Assembly: GCF_006345805.1 (NCBI RefSeq)
Contig: NC_043003.1
Coordinates: 124,001 to 188,000, forward strand
Reading direction: 5' to 3'
Source of the DNA: Octopus sinensis
Taxonomy: Eukaryota
DNA: 64,000 nucleotides
Positions 50,482-63,574 of this stretch are shown here, piece after piece. Each line of letters opens with the position of its first letter. The first letter of the stretch is position 1. The position numbers and the translations under genes are program-made. The notes below the pieces were generated by a model. That model worked only from the letters and a program-made list of their open reading frames with translations, did not search any database and was not told the origin of the DNA.

Positions 50482-50945
50482 AGTTTCAGCTCACAAGCTG
50501 TGGCCATGCTGGGGCACCGCCATTGGTGTTGCTACATGATTTTACTTCACGAATACTTTTTAGCCAACTGCCATTTGGTGCATGAGAGAGTTCGATGCAG
50601 CTGCCCTCATCTGCAACCTCCTGCCGCGTGAAGTTGGTTCATCTGGGACACCTGACAAGAAGAGATCCAGTTTCATTTTAAAGACATCTGCATCCACCCC
50701 ATGCAGGTCTCTTAGTTCTTCGGGGAGATATGGAAGAGCTGTGGGCCTCGGAAGCCCAGGCCTTCACAGTATCTTGTCCTACATCTTGATGCCAAATTTG
50801 GAGTCCTTGGCACTATGAGTGGCGCCCAGTTCTGGCATTTGTGTAACTCTCGATGCCAACGTTTGGGATAAGTCCTTCTAGCTCTTCCAGAGTATATTAT
50901 GGCATATCTTTCTCGCCTACGCTCTAAGGAATAGAGTCTCAATCT
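50482..50945 (-). mobile_element. CR1-group 3' fragment, same family as 23210-26352
   Basis: High nucleotide similarity to 25880-26340, including the 3' UTR. Confidence 0.9.
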
Positions 50946-51326
50946 CTGTGAGTCTTTCCCATATATATATATTATATATATATATATATATATTTAATAT
51001 ATATATATATAATATATTAATATATATATATATATTATATATATAATTAATATTTGAGGGAATAAAATCCAAACTTACAAGGAAAAAGAATTCAATTTAG
51101 AAATACTAAATCAAATCCACACAATATATTATATAAAAATATTAGAAAAAAACACCTTTTATCAATTCAAAATGAATAATTAAATTACACCTAGAATTAG
51201 GTGTAATTACATCTAGATTACATCTAGAAAATTACATATAATAGAAAAGTTAAAATTAAAATAACAATTAAAAAGTAAAGATTAAGTAAATTACAAATTT
51301 AATATAATGCATACAATAGGTAGAAA

Positions 51327-51418
51327 AACGACACGTGTTTCGCTGCTATATTTAAGAAATGATTATAGTAGTAGAGAAATCACTTGCATATAAATAAATA
51401 TAGTCGCTTCATCAGGTT
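51327..51418 (-). ncRNA. Type I hammerhead ribozyme candidate, family H2
   Basis: AAC-CUGAUGA-AGC..CUAUAUUUA/UAAAUAUAG..GC-GAAA-CACGUGUC/GUU. Perfect palindrome ACACGUGU and GUC triplet. Stem I is only 3 bp. Confidence 0.62.
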
Positions 51419-51468
51419 AAAAATATAATAGAACAGTAAAATAATTAATTAATAAATATACTTTATAT

Positions 51469-51559
<91 letters not shown>

Positions 51560-51561
<2 letters not shown>

Positions 51562-52445
51562 GCCTTTTCAGATATGCCCTCAAATGTCCGGATAGCCACT
51601 CTGGCCACCTATGCAGACGATACGAAAGTCTCGCAGTAAATACAGAACCCCGCGATGTTGCACACCTGCAGCAGGAGTGGACTCAATCTACAGATGGGCT
51701 GAGGATAATAATATGCAGTTTAATGATGAAAAATTCCAGGCCCTGCGCTACCAGTATCCAAAACTGAATATTAAACTTACAGGATACACCGGTCCACAGG
51801 GGAATTTCAATCCCAGAGCCTAAGTCTGTGGGACCTGGGTCATCGACATTGAGTGATGTACACTCTTCCAAGTGCACATTACCTGGATGGCGACAAAGTG
51901 CAACGACTGCTGGATGGATCCTAAGAACATTCAGAACAGAGATACGGAAACCATGATGGTCCTCTGGCGGACATTCGTCCTCGTCGCCTGGATTACTGCT
52001 CACAGCTATGGTCATCCACCAGTTGTAAAATTAACAGCGGACCTTGAAGCAATCCAGAGAAGATTCACAAAGAAGATCGTCTATTTGCAACAGCTCAGCT
52101 ACTGGGGAAAGGTTGAACAGCTAAGACTATACTCCCTGGAGAGAAGACGGGAGAGGTATGCAGTAATATATGTCTGAAGATCCTGGAAGGAATTGGCAAA
52201 TTTGCATTGTAAGCTACACCAATGCTAGAGAACGGGACGACACTGCATAGTGCCAAACGATCCCAGCAATGCCATCCGCTTCAGGACAGCTTCTGCAAAA
52301 GCCTGGGTTTCAAGGGCCCACACAGCTTTTAATATTCTACCTGAGACTTGCACAAAGCGATGAGAATCCTGGATCTTCTGTCAAGAGTCCAGATGAACAT
52401 ACATCTGCAAGATTTTTGAAAATGAGAGTAGCTGCACAAACTTCA
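51560..52445 (+). mobile_element. Degraded CR1-group RT 3' fragment (related subfamily)
   Basis: YADDTK, WAEDNNMQFNDEKFQALRY and LRLYSLERRRERYAVIY, with many frameshifts. Confidence 0.85.
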
Positions 52446-53270
52446 ATCTAGTATACAAATACATCCCTTACAATATGTCTACTCCAGGAAAAAAATGCAC
52501 CTAGTGTTCGTTTCTCTTTGTGTTCGACGTACATTGGGTCCTGCATAAGGAGTACCTGTAGAGGAAGGGCATATATTGTTATATATAGCATATGTTTATT
52601 TCTTAATATATTATATGATGCACGCACCCCTTAAGTAAGATTGTCGTATATCAAGTTTTGGATTAAAAAGGCACATGTCCAATATTCTTTGACTCTTAAT
52701 GTCTCTTCCTCTCCTCGTCTCATTCTGCACTCTTCTCTTCACCACTTTCAGGCTCCTAGCAGCACAGCCTCTGTCCTCCTTTCCATGTCAGCGACGATAC
52801 TTCCTACTGTCGTTTTTGGCATCAAGTAACTGGACGACATCATTGTCACAAAAGTTGCAATATTTCGTTGTTCAAATCTTGTTTTCCTGTCTGTCTTTTA
52901 TCTTATATTAAAATACTGTTTATTTTTTCTGTTATATTTTTCTCGGTATGTACTGTTTTTTACAATTTTTTACCATACCCTCTGCGAAAAGATCTCAGAA
53001 TTTAATGATTTGCTTTCGCCAGGAAACTTTCATCTACGTATCGCGTATCCTTCAAACGTAGAGTAGATCAACCTACTCCATTTTTTCGTTGTGTTTGTAC
53101 TTATCCTTTTTGGTTGTTTTAAAAAAATGTCCAGTTCCTTTGTTTGTGTCTATGTTTTCGTTCTCTTTGTGTCGACGTCCCTTTGGTGTCTGTACTAATA
53201 TGCGTTATATGTACATGTAGAGGTAGGTACGAATATATGTTTATAGAATGATCTGTTCTATTGCATTTAT

Positions 53271-53324
<54 letters not shown>

Positions 53325-53909
53325 TATATATATATAGTGATGAGGAATAATATGTTAATGGAAAGTAAGAAACCTATCAATCCCAAATCAAAGAAAGGTG
53401 CTAAAATATTCAAACCAAAGAACAATACCCTATGAAGATGTACAATCACAATCACCAGTTCTCTACTAAACCAGTCAATAACAACAATAATAAAAGCGAT
53501 CAAAGTCAAAATAATAGCAAGAACTAACTAATATTGATAAGCAAACTAAATTACTAAGTTCAACTATCTTTACCGAGTACATACATATCAATTACTGGAC
53601 TCATTATAATCGACTATTCCTCCTCCTTTCAAAATTGCTGGTTTTGTACCTAAGTAAGAAACCGCTCGGAAAATAAGGGAAGAAGGGGAAGTGCTGTCTT
53701 CGGGTCAGTTTGCTGAAAGGTGGATTGATAGTGGCAAGAATGGTGCGAATGAACGGCCTGCCCTGAACATACGCCTGTAGTTGGAAAAAGGGTACCAACC
53801 CCAAAAGTCAGGGTACCCATGCTTATTTCTTATGGGTTTTCATGAGCAGCTCTCGAACGTCTCCTCCCTATTGAGGATCACACATTGTTGATTTTTACGC
53901 AAAACCCTC

Positions 53910-53940
<31 letters not shown>

Positions 53941-54039
53941 TTCTTTGTTTTGTCCTGTGTTGTCCATAATGTTTTTGTTAATGTAAACCCTTGTGGTTAA
54001 GAAATTATTATTAATATTATTATTATTATTATTATTATT

Positions 54040-54125
54040 ATATGAAACCTCACAGCCTATTTTGCTGGGCATGATGGAAAGTGTCAGCTGGCCACAGCCA
54101 GCAGACTAAGGTGACATTTGTTTAC
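54040..54125 (-). mobile_element. 3' UTR of the same R4/Dong-like family as 13035-13330, ending in (TAA)n
   Basis: GTAAACAA...CAGCTGACACTTTCCATCAT..CCAGCAAAATA is shared with 13250-13310. Confidence 0.7.
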
Positions 54126-54182
54126 GGTCATGCTTCTAAACTCTGCGAAGAATTCTTGCCTTAATTATCATTATTACTATTA

Positions 54183-54222
<40 letters not shown>

Positions 54223-55329
54223 CCCCCCACTCACTTCCCCCTGTTTGTTTGCTGCATCTCTTGCAAATTCCTGATGAAAGAATCTCTGTATTGTGTGAAG
54301 GCCTCATTATATTTTTGAAATCTATGTTTGTAGTTATTTATTCTCTGATGCCATCTATTTCAGTCGGGAATGTGCAAAATTAGACGAGATGCTTGCTTTC
54401 ATCGGCAGATAGAGGTGATAAGTGATATATTACGTGAAACAACAAAATAAATGAATGGATAGATAAATAAAAATAAGAATAACAATAATTCTTTTGTAAT
54501 TTTGGCATTAGGCCAGAGATTTTGAGGGGAGGGGTGTAAGTTGATTGCTCTACTAGAACTTTATTTTATCCCCTCCGAAGAGATGAAAGGCAAAGTTAAC
54601 CTCAGCAGCATTTGAACTCAGAACGTAAAGAGCTGGAAGAAATGTCACTAAGCATTTTGGCCGCCGCAATAACGATTCTGTCAGCTCGCTGCCTTAAAAA
54701 AAAAATAATAATAATAATAATAATTATTATTATTGTTATTATAAATGCCTTGATGCAGTTCGAGGCAGTGGCTCTCATGGCTTCTGATCTGAACTGATTG
54801 GAAGTGTTATCATGTACATTGTTTTGTCTTGGTATAAAAGATGGGCTTCAGCAAATATTCTGCTCAATACCACAGATTTGCTTGTCAGTTGTTTGACCCT
54901 AACCAGTTGAGCATGTCCCTTGGTGGCTGACGATATGTGCATCTCTGATTCCGGACAGAAGTTGTGGGGGAGCATCGTAGCCATGTGTCGAGAGAGATTC
55001 TTTGGGGTTTGAATAATTCACCTCTGGAAACATGGGTGTTTCGTTCAACATCCTTAAACAACCCTTATTCAGGGAACATTTGAACGGGATGGGCTACTCG
55101 ATCAGAAGAAAATTCTAACTGGGCCCCACCTGCAAGGTCATGTGCTGTTTATCTTGATATAAGATCACCATGTCGCGCACATATGGTTGTGATGCATGTG
55201 CCCAGTGTACCCTTACCAGACGGGTAGTCATGATGGGTATACTGGGCTTCGTATATTTTACCCCAGTATCACTTTGATGGCATGCACTGCTCTCTCACAC
55301 AACAACAACAATAATAATAATAGGGAAAA

Positions 55330-57640
55330 AATCCGGAGCAAAAACGTTCAATACAGTATAAACAGAGACTGGTTACGGGAGTGTAAAAGAGAAATGGGAG
55401 ATAGAGTGACACAAGAAAGTATGATTACGCATAAGAAAGTAAAAGATAATCAAGAAAATACCAAACTGGAATGCACCCCACCCCGCCTCCCTGGATCAGA
55501 TGGCTCAGAAACTCTCCAAGTAGAGACAGCCGTATACGTCTGTTTTTTTTTTAAATACAAAATGGAACACCAGCATGGATGGCAAAAGGAAGGACAATGG
55601 TGATACAGGACAAAGATAATGGAAGGTAAGTCAGCAAATATAGACTTATTACTTGCTCATCATTACTATGGAAACTATTAACTGGCCTCACTTCAGATGA
55701 AGTCACTTTCTGGAAAAGGAGATCCTACTGAGAGAAGAGCCAAAAAGAATTAAGAAGAAACCAAGAGAAACCGCTGATCTGCTTTTCATAGACAGAACAA
55801 TATTAAATGAGGTACGAATAAAGAAGAGTTTAGCTGTTGGATGTATAGATAATAGAAAGGCTTAGGACAGTGTCCCACACGGCTGGCTGTTGGAGTGTCT
55901 GAGGAGACTGGGAGTCAATGAGAAGATAACTTTTTTTGGAGAAAGCAATGAGAGTGTGGGAAGTAGAGCTGACATGTGCAAGTGAATCATGAGGCAACGT
56001 GGAAACACGTAGAGGCGTTTCGCAGGGAAACTCGCTCTCTCCATTACTCTTCGTCCTTGCGCTAATTCCTCTGACAAGTATATCGAGAGAACTCTTATGA
56101 GTTTCCGAATCCAGGATGAGAATAAATCACCTACTTTATATGGATGACGTCAAGCTGGGTACAAAAAAGGAGACAGACCCAACTCCTTGATCCAAGAGAG
56201 CATTCAACAAAAGATATTGGAATATAAATTGGGGTAAATAAGTGCTTAGTACTAATTATGAAGAGAGGTCGGGAGGTAAACGCTGATGGCATAAAATCAC
56301 CACAAGACAACACCATTTGGCCTCTGTAGAATAATGAGGCATACAAATATCTAAGAGTGTTGCAAGACGATAGGATAATGGAAGGAGAAATGAGAGAGGA
56401 AGACATTAAAGACTACAAGAGGAGAATTAGGAAGGTTCTCGAAATAGAATTAAATGGAAAGAACATCATTAAAGTCATAAATACATGGGCAATGCCTGTA
56501 TTGAGGTTCTCTGATCTCTTTCTGAAGTGGACAAATCTCGAGCTGCAGAACTTGAATCGAAGGAGCAGAAAGACGGTAACAATGCATGACCCAATCCATC
56601 CTAAAAGTAAAACCGACTGATTCTGTCGGCCAGGAAGGAAAGGGTGGCAGGCGATTACTAAACGCGGAAGACAATGTTGGTAGGACGGCACGAGGCCTGA
56701 AAGATCATGTTGTGCAGAATAAAGAATACATTCGGCAGTTAGAGATACCGAAATGGTGGCCGAAACAGTAGGACAATTCAGAGAGAGGAGGAGGAACAGA
56801 TTAAACAAAAAGAAAGAAATGGAACTGCATGGCCAATTCATGCAACAGACCGAAAATATTGGAAGTGAAGATCGCTGGCTTTGGTTGATGGACGGCAACT
56901 TGAAAGAGAAACAGAAACATTAATTACAGCCTCTCAGGAACAAGCACTTAGAACATAACTGATAAAGGCAAAGATCAACAAAACTCAATCAGACAGCAAA
57001 TGTGGAATCTGTAAAAAAGGAGCAGAGAGTATCAATCATATTTTGAGTGAGTGCAGTATACTAGCACAAAAGAAATACAAGCGCAGACATGACTTGTGTA
57101 TGCAAAAGAGTGCATTGGGATGTTAACTGAGAGTAGCTTCAACATTGCAGAAAAGTGGTTGCAACACGAACCAGAGGCTGTGATAGGAAATGAGAATTAC
57201 AGGATCTTATTGGACTTCGCCATAAAGACTAACCATTCTATTGAGATAAGACCAGACATGATTGCAGAGGATAAAATAAACAAACAGTGTAAGATCATAG
57301 ATCTTGCATTTCTATACGACAGCAAAGTCGATATCAAAGAAATAGAGAAAACTCAAAAATGCCAGGATCTAGCCAGAGAGCTGAGGAGACTGTGGAATAT
57401 GAAGACAATTATTCTTGTGGTAATTTGTGCAGTTGGCACAACACCAATAAAGCTGTTGAAAAGACTAAAAGAGAATGGACTTGAAACTCGCATTGTTAAC
57501 CTGCAGAAAAGTACCATCTAATATTCTGTGAGAATCCTATGAAAAGTTCTTAAGATTTCAGGAGACTTGTTGCCGCCAAACCTCAAGATAAAATACCTGC
57601 AACTAAATTAGCAAGCACTAGCGAAATAACAACAACAACA
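55330..57640 (+). mobile_element. Degraded R4/Dong-clade LINE (RT, CCHC, RLE endonuclease)
   Basis: DSVPHGWLLECL, LELNGKNIIKVINTWAMPV, CGICKKGAESINHILSEC, RPDMI...IID and LARELRRLWNMK. Multiple stops and frameshifts. Ends in (AAC/AAT)n. Confidence 0.88.
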
Positions 57641-58270
57641 ACAATAGTAATTTTAAAATAAGTATTATTATTATTATGGAATTTACCTAGCTGAACAAGA
57701 CAGTCTGGATTAATCTAGAGTAGTGAGCGCAAGGTAAAAAAATTGTTTATGGGAGGTCCAACTTTGCATTTAGGACCCATGGCTAATTCTTTTTGAGACG
57801 GTTTAAAAAAACAAAGTGCATGTTATACACTATCGAATACAATATATTAAAGTTGAAAGTTTCTGCAATAAGAACGGAAACGGTTCTCTTGCAAATCTTG
57901 ACGTAGTGCTGTCACTCTTTTGAAGAATATTATGCAAGCCATTCATTACGATCAGCACTAAGGACGTCCTTAAAAATCCCGTTAATTACTCGACTTGTCA
58001 GAGCACTTTGCTACAACAGTTCGTAGTTGGAACAGATGCTGCACCTCACGACACACACCCCAACGTATATTATATATACTTCATCATATACCTTCATTTT
58101 GTTGTTCTCATCATACATAACTTATGATCTTTCAATGTAAAATAAGTGTTTGTTTATATTGCCGGTACAGTCAAAACGGTATAGCAATTAACGTGACTAC
58201 AGGTGTGAGGTGGTATAATTATGGAATATTGGCGTTCTGATGTATTTGTATAAGTGTGAGTATATGCACA

Positions 58271-58328
<58 letters not shown>

Positions 58329-59032
58329 CACACACACACACCGCTATAATGTTTATTGGAATACTGATTAAACGATGTAGATTAACACACAATCGTATGT
58401 GTATGTGAAAGTGTGTGTGTACGTGTATATGTGTGTGTGTGTGTGTATGTAAGCATATATATATATGTATTTATATAAAAAAGTATATATTTACATTCAT
58501 ATATTTTTTCTATATTTTTGCATACATACACACACACACATATATATATATATATACACACATTCATACAAATGCATATATATATACATTCATGCAAATA
58601 TATACATATATATAGTCTATACATTCATTTACCTAATTTACCTGCTGTTATCCACCAGTCTTACCAGCAGCATAACCATCAGCCACCTAAAGACATTAGT
58701 TAGAAATAGCAAACCCTACCAAAACCATTCCCGCCTCAACTGATAAATCACTGCAGATGCCATTGTGCTTAGAAACGAAATTGGTGAATGAATTAAAAAA
58801 GGAAACCTTCTGCAAGATTCTCCTCTGCCAAAGAAGTATCGAAGAATTCGGTCAACTGAAACCGGCCAAGTCTATCAGTAAACCGTGTTACACACGTACA
58901 CACATATACATAATACATACATACATACATGCATACATGCATACATGCATACATACATACATACATACATACATACATACATACATTTTCACTCATTTGT
59001 GTAAAGGCAGTTATGCATATATATATATATGA

Positions 59033-59063
<31 letters not shown>

Positions 59064-59251
59064 CGCATAAATATATATACACAAAAGTATACACATCTAC
59101 TCATATGCACACATGTCTACACACGTATGTACGTGAACGTCAGTATGTGTGTGTATAAGTATGTATATACACTTCCATACAAACTTATACCCACAGGGTT
59201 AGGGTTAGGGTTAGGGTATGTATATATATGCGTATGTATGTGCAGGAGTAA

Positions 59252-59294
<43 letters not shown>

Positions 59295-59474
59295 TTTAAA
59301 ATGAGGGTAAAAAATTGAATATTAATTGAATTAATATCAATTTAAAACCAGTGGTCTAGCATATTAAAATCTGAAGATACCGAAAATTATATTACATACA
59401 TATAAGAGTGATGACCAATGTATGCAATATATATATATATATATATAATATATATATATATTATATATATATAT

Positions 59475-59840
59475 ATAGAGGGCATTATTACACATAAATG
59501 CCACACGCTAGGAGGGACTTTCAAAGTCATTACTACCAAAAAATAATATATGACGAATGAACATTTCCATGTGCTACGATGGAGGCGGCGGTTATCTGTT
59601 TGGTTCTGCCGGGTATGTTGGTTTTATTTATTCTTGATATGTCTTGAATATGTTTCACTGATGAACAAAAGACGTAGATAATACGTTAATTGCGAAATCA
59701 CAGGTGATCTGGAACTAAATTCTGTTTCTAAATGTCTTGCTTCGAGAGCTGCATTCGGTACGATTCGTTTATTTTTTGGTAGTAATGACTTTGAAAGTCC
59801 CTCCTAGCATGTGACATTTATGCGTAATAATGCCCTCTAT
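59475..59840 (+). mobile_element. Fold-back element, family H3: 72-bp inverted arms around a hammerhead
   Basis: 59475-59546 matches the reverse complement of 59769-59840 at 69/72. TA-rich flanks. Confidence 0.8.
59652..59715 (+). ncRNA. Type I hammerhead ribozyme
   Basis: GUUUCA-CUGAUGA-ACAA[ACGUA/UACGU]UUGC-GAAA-UCAC-AG-GUGA-UC/UGGAAC. 6-bp stem I, 5-bp stem III, AUC triplet, A-C mismatch at the base of stem II. Confidence 0.7.
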
Positions 59841-59963
59841 ATAATATAAATAAATATTTTCAAGTGAAAAAATTTTCTGATTTTTTCTCTTATGAGGCTT
59901 TTCACGCTATCTACCTGATAATTTCTTCTTAAGATTTCTTATTAAGATTTTATCCTTAATTGT

Positions 59964-59997
<34 letters not shown>

Positions 59998-60053
59998 CTA
60001 TATATATATATATATATATATATATAGATATATACATACATATATACATATTA

Positions 60054-60257
60054 CAAAATGTGACCGCGTTGTACCGTTGGCGGTTTTTCCCCTCGTCTTC
60101 CCTTCTTTGGATCTTTCCTCTTCCTTAGTTTCTGACGAAGAGCTCGCTCGAAACGTTAAGCCCTCTTTCTTTCCTTCTTTCCTGAGCGTCCAATAATACT
60201 ATACTTGTTCCACTACCTCACGTTGTTGTGTTTTCCTTTGTGTTTTCATGTTTGGAT

Positions 60258-60262
<5 letters not shown>
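60054..60262 (+). mobile_element. Family H1 copy 2 (hammerhead at 60128-60161)
   Basis: GUUU-CUGACGA-AGAGC-UC-GCUC-GAAA-CGUU/AAGC. Flanked by (TA)n. Confidence 0.78.
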
Positions 60263-60294
<32 letters not shown>

Positions 60295-60324
60295 ATATAA
60301 TATATATCTATATCTATATCTATA

Positions 60325-60355
<31 letters not shown>

Positions 60356-60468
60356 ATATATACAATCTATATCTATATTTATTTATATATATATATACAT
60401 ATCTATATCTATATTTATATATATATATATATATACATATCTATATTCTATATTTATATATATATATA

Positions 60469-60507
<39 letters not shown>

Positions 60508-60552
60508 CATATATCTATATATCTATATTATCTATATATATATATCCATATC

Positions 60553-60606
<54 letters not shown>

Positions 60607-60658
60607 ATATATTTCTCTCTCTCTCTCTCTTCTCCTCCTCTCTCTCTCTCTTCCTCTC

Positions 60659-60689
<31 letters not shown>

Positions 60690-60917
60690 CGAACCATCTC
60701 AAGTGTAACTGCCCGAAACGGTCGTGACTTGTGAGACTTGACTGATGAAAGAAAGGCAATAACGACCCGTCATTTTTTGCTTGTCATTCTAATTGTTGTT
60801 TCTCTCGTCCGCCTTTGTATCGTCTCTCTGTCCGAACGTTTTGATTCCCTTTATTGCGTTTTTGTATCTCGAAGGGATTATATAATATATTATATATATT
60901 TATTTATTATATAGAAG

Positions 60918-60970
60918 GAGCTTCTACAGGACTAGAACTGTTTCATTCAAGAGAAATCTTCAGGAAGCTC
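60918..60970 (-). ncRNA. Type I hammerhead ribozyme, family H4, in the left arm of a palindrome
   Basis: GAGCUUC-CUGAAGA-UUUC-UCUU-GAAU-GAAA-CAG-UUCUAGUC-CUGUA/GAAGCUC. 7-bp stem I, 4-bp stem III with 8-nt loop, GUA triplet, U-U at the base of stem II. Confidence 0.72.
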
Positions 60971-61096
60971 TTGAAGATTTCTCTTGAATGAAACAGTTCT
61001 AGTCCTGTAGAAGCTCCTCTATATAATAAATTAATTTTCTCTGCTATGTATTGAGTACCTTATTTACTGTGGTTAACCCCGATCAACCCTGGGACT

Positions 61097-61187
<91 letters not shown>

Positions 61188-62036
61188 TCACGATGAGGAT
61201 ATTCAAACCTCATATAGGGATGTTTATCCAAGGTACACTGGTTTGATATATTAAATTTTGAAGAGATAATCCTTGAGTGAATATATCATATAGAATATCG
61301 TAAGATATCAAACATTTGTATTGAGTTAGAAAACAGAGAGATCTAATGGATACAAATTAATTTATTAATTAATCGACATATTAACCAGCAATTGTCTCAT
61401 TTCTCAAATAAGATTAAAATTACAAAATATATATAAAAGAATAATTTTGCCTTTTAAATGTCTTATAAGGAATCATCACGATAATTTTCCTTATAAGGTA
61501 TTTGGAAAGCAAAATTATATTTTTATATATGTTTTGTAATTTGAATCTTATTTAATCCCCATTAGATCTCTTTGTTTTCTAATTGATATATATATATATG
61601 TATGTATAAAATCCCTTCGATATGCAATATATATAACAATATGTTGATGTTCTTTCACCCTCTCTGATGTCAGTGACTTATGAATTATGAGTGAATGTAG
61701 GACGAATGACTAATGCACTCACTATTTTGCTTAATCAAAGCAAATTCCATATTTTCTCAGCTTTCACTGCAATTCCAAAATATGTTGAAATTGGATTTTT
61801 AAGAATGCATTAACAATGTTCTTTTGTATTTTTATGTTTTACTTGCTGTTGTGCTGTTGCCATTGAAGTATGGCCCTACTGGGGCACCGCCTTGACGAGC
61901 TTAGTCGAGCAAACCGACGCCAGCACTTATTTTTAAGCCTGGTACTTATTCTATGGGCTGCCTTTGCCGAACCGCAAAATCTCGAGGACGTAACAAACCA
62001 TCACCAATTGTCGAGCATATATATTCATGTATATAT

Positions 62037-62086
<50 letters not shown>

Positions 62087-62798
62087 CTATAATATATACC
62101 TAGCTTAAAAGCTGCACTCTGTGCGAACTTTCAAGCTAGCTCCTGCGGAGGGATAATTGGACCTGAAGCCCCGAATCAAGAAAGCGATAATAATAAAGCA
62201 TTTATTGTTACCCTGCCAACATGGTATTACTTTAAATTCGGTTTAAATGAAAAGCTTGTAACTTCACAAATTTTTGGAGTTCTTTTAAAATTTGAAGATA
62301 TACAAACATACATACATACATATATATGTGTGCGTGTATATATATGTATATATGTATTGTGAATTTGTGTCTGTGTTTGTCCCCAACACTGCTTGATGAC
62401 TGGTGTTGCTGTGTTTACGTTCACGTAACTTAACGGTTCGGTAAAAGAGATCAATAAAAAAGTACCAGGTATAAAAAAGAAGCAAGTTCTGTCGATCTGT
62501 TTGATTCTTCAAGGCAGTGCCCCAGCGTGGCCGCAGCCTACTGACTGTGAAAGATACTAAATTCCTTATTAAAACTTACAGTTAAGGGAGATAACTCTTG
62601 TACTTCTCACGGTCACTTTACCTGTTAGAAATAGCAAACCAAATGCTTTTATATCCCAATGCTGGATATTCAAGAACCGAATGAAGGACGGATTTTCAGT
62701 CCTGGGATCATCCTGATTCCAAAAAGGTATAATATGTCTATGTAGAGCAAATGTAGACTGAGATACAAGGGTCTCAGACAGACAGAATTTCACTTTTA

Positions 62799-62799
<1 letters not shown>

Positions 62800-62847
<48 letters not shown>

Positions 62848-62850
62848 ATA

Positions 62851-62882
<32 letters not shown>

Positions 62883-62903
62883 TTATTATATATATATATT
62901 ATT

Positions 62904-62956
<53 letters not shown>

Positions 62957-62990
62957 ATATTATATATATATATATTTCTATATATATATT

Positions 62991-63021
<31 letters not shown>

Positions 63022-63226
63022 TATAATATTTATATATAATATATATTATTTATATATATATATATATATATATAATAGATATTTATATATATATATTTAT
63101 ATATATATATATATTATATATATATATATATTTTTATTATATATATTTTATATAACATATATATATATATATATTTATTATATATATATATATATATAAT
63201 ATATATATATATATATAATATATATT

Positions 63227-63291
<65 letters not shown>

Positions 63292-63378
63292 TTATATATT
63301 ATATATAATATATATATATATTTATATATTTATATATATATAATATATAGAATATATATATATATATATATTTATATG
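62800..63378. repeat. Long degenerate (TA)n tract
   Basis: Directly visible. Similar tracts occur at about 22500-22785, 40548-40760, 49870-50100 and 60262-60690. Confidence 0.95.
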
Positions 63379-63574
63379 TAGTTAATCCAACATGAAAACA
63401 CAAAGAGAAAACACAACAACGCGAGGACGTGGAACAAGTTATAGTATTATTGGACGCTCAGGAAAGCAGGGGAGTTAACGTTTCGAGCGAGCCTTCGTCA
63501 GAAACATAGGAAAAGGAAAGATCTAAAGAAGAGAAGATGGAGGAAAAAAATCGCTAACAGTACACACGCGGTCA
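63379..63574 (-). mobile_element. Family H1 copy 3 (degenerate hammerhead at 63473-63505)
   Basis: GUUU-CUGACGA-AGGC-UC-GCUC-GAAA-CGUU/AACU. Flanked by (TA)n. Confidence 0.75.

Noticed and set aside
58757-58890. Possible exon MPLCLETKLVNELKKETFCKILLCQRS
   Set aside because: No clear donor site, no partner exons and no recognisable family.
59371-59390. CTGAAGATACCGAAA
   Set aside because: No stem II or stem I can form.
60700-60790. CGAAACGGTC followed by CTGATGA as a permuted (type II/III) hammerhead
   Set aside because: I could not pair stem I or a core-adjacent stem II.
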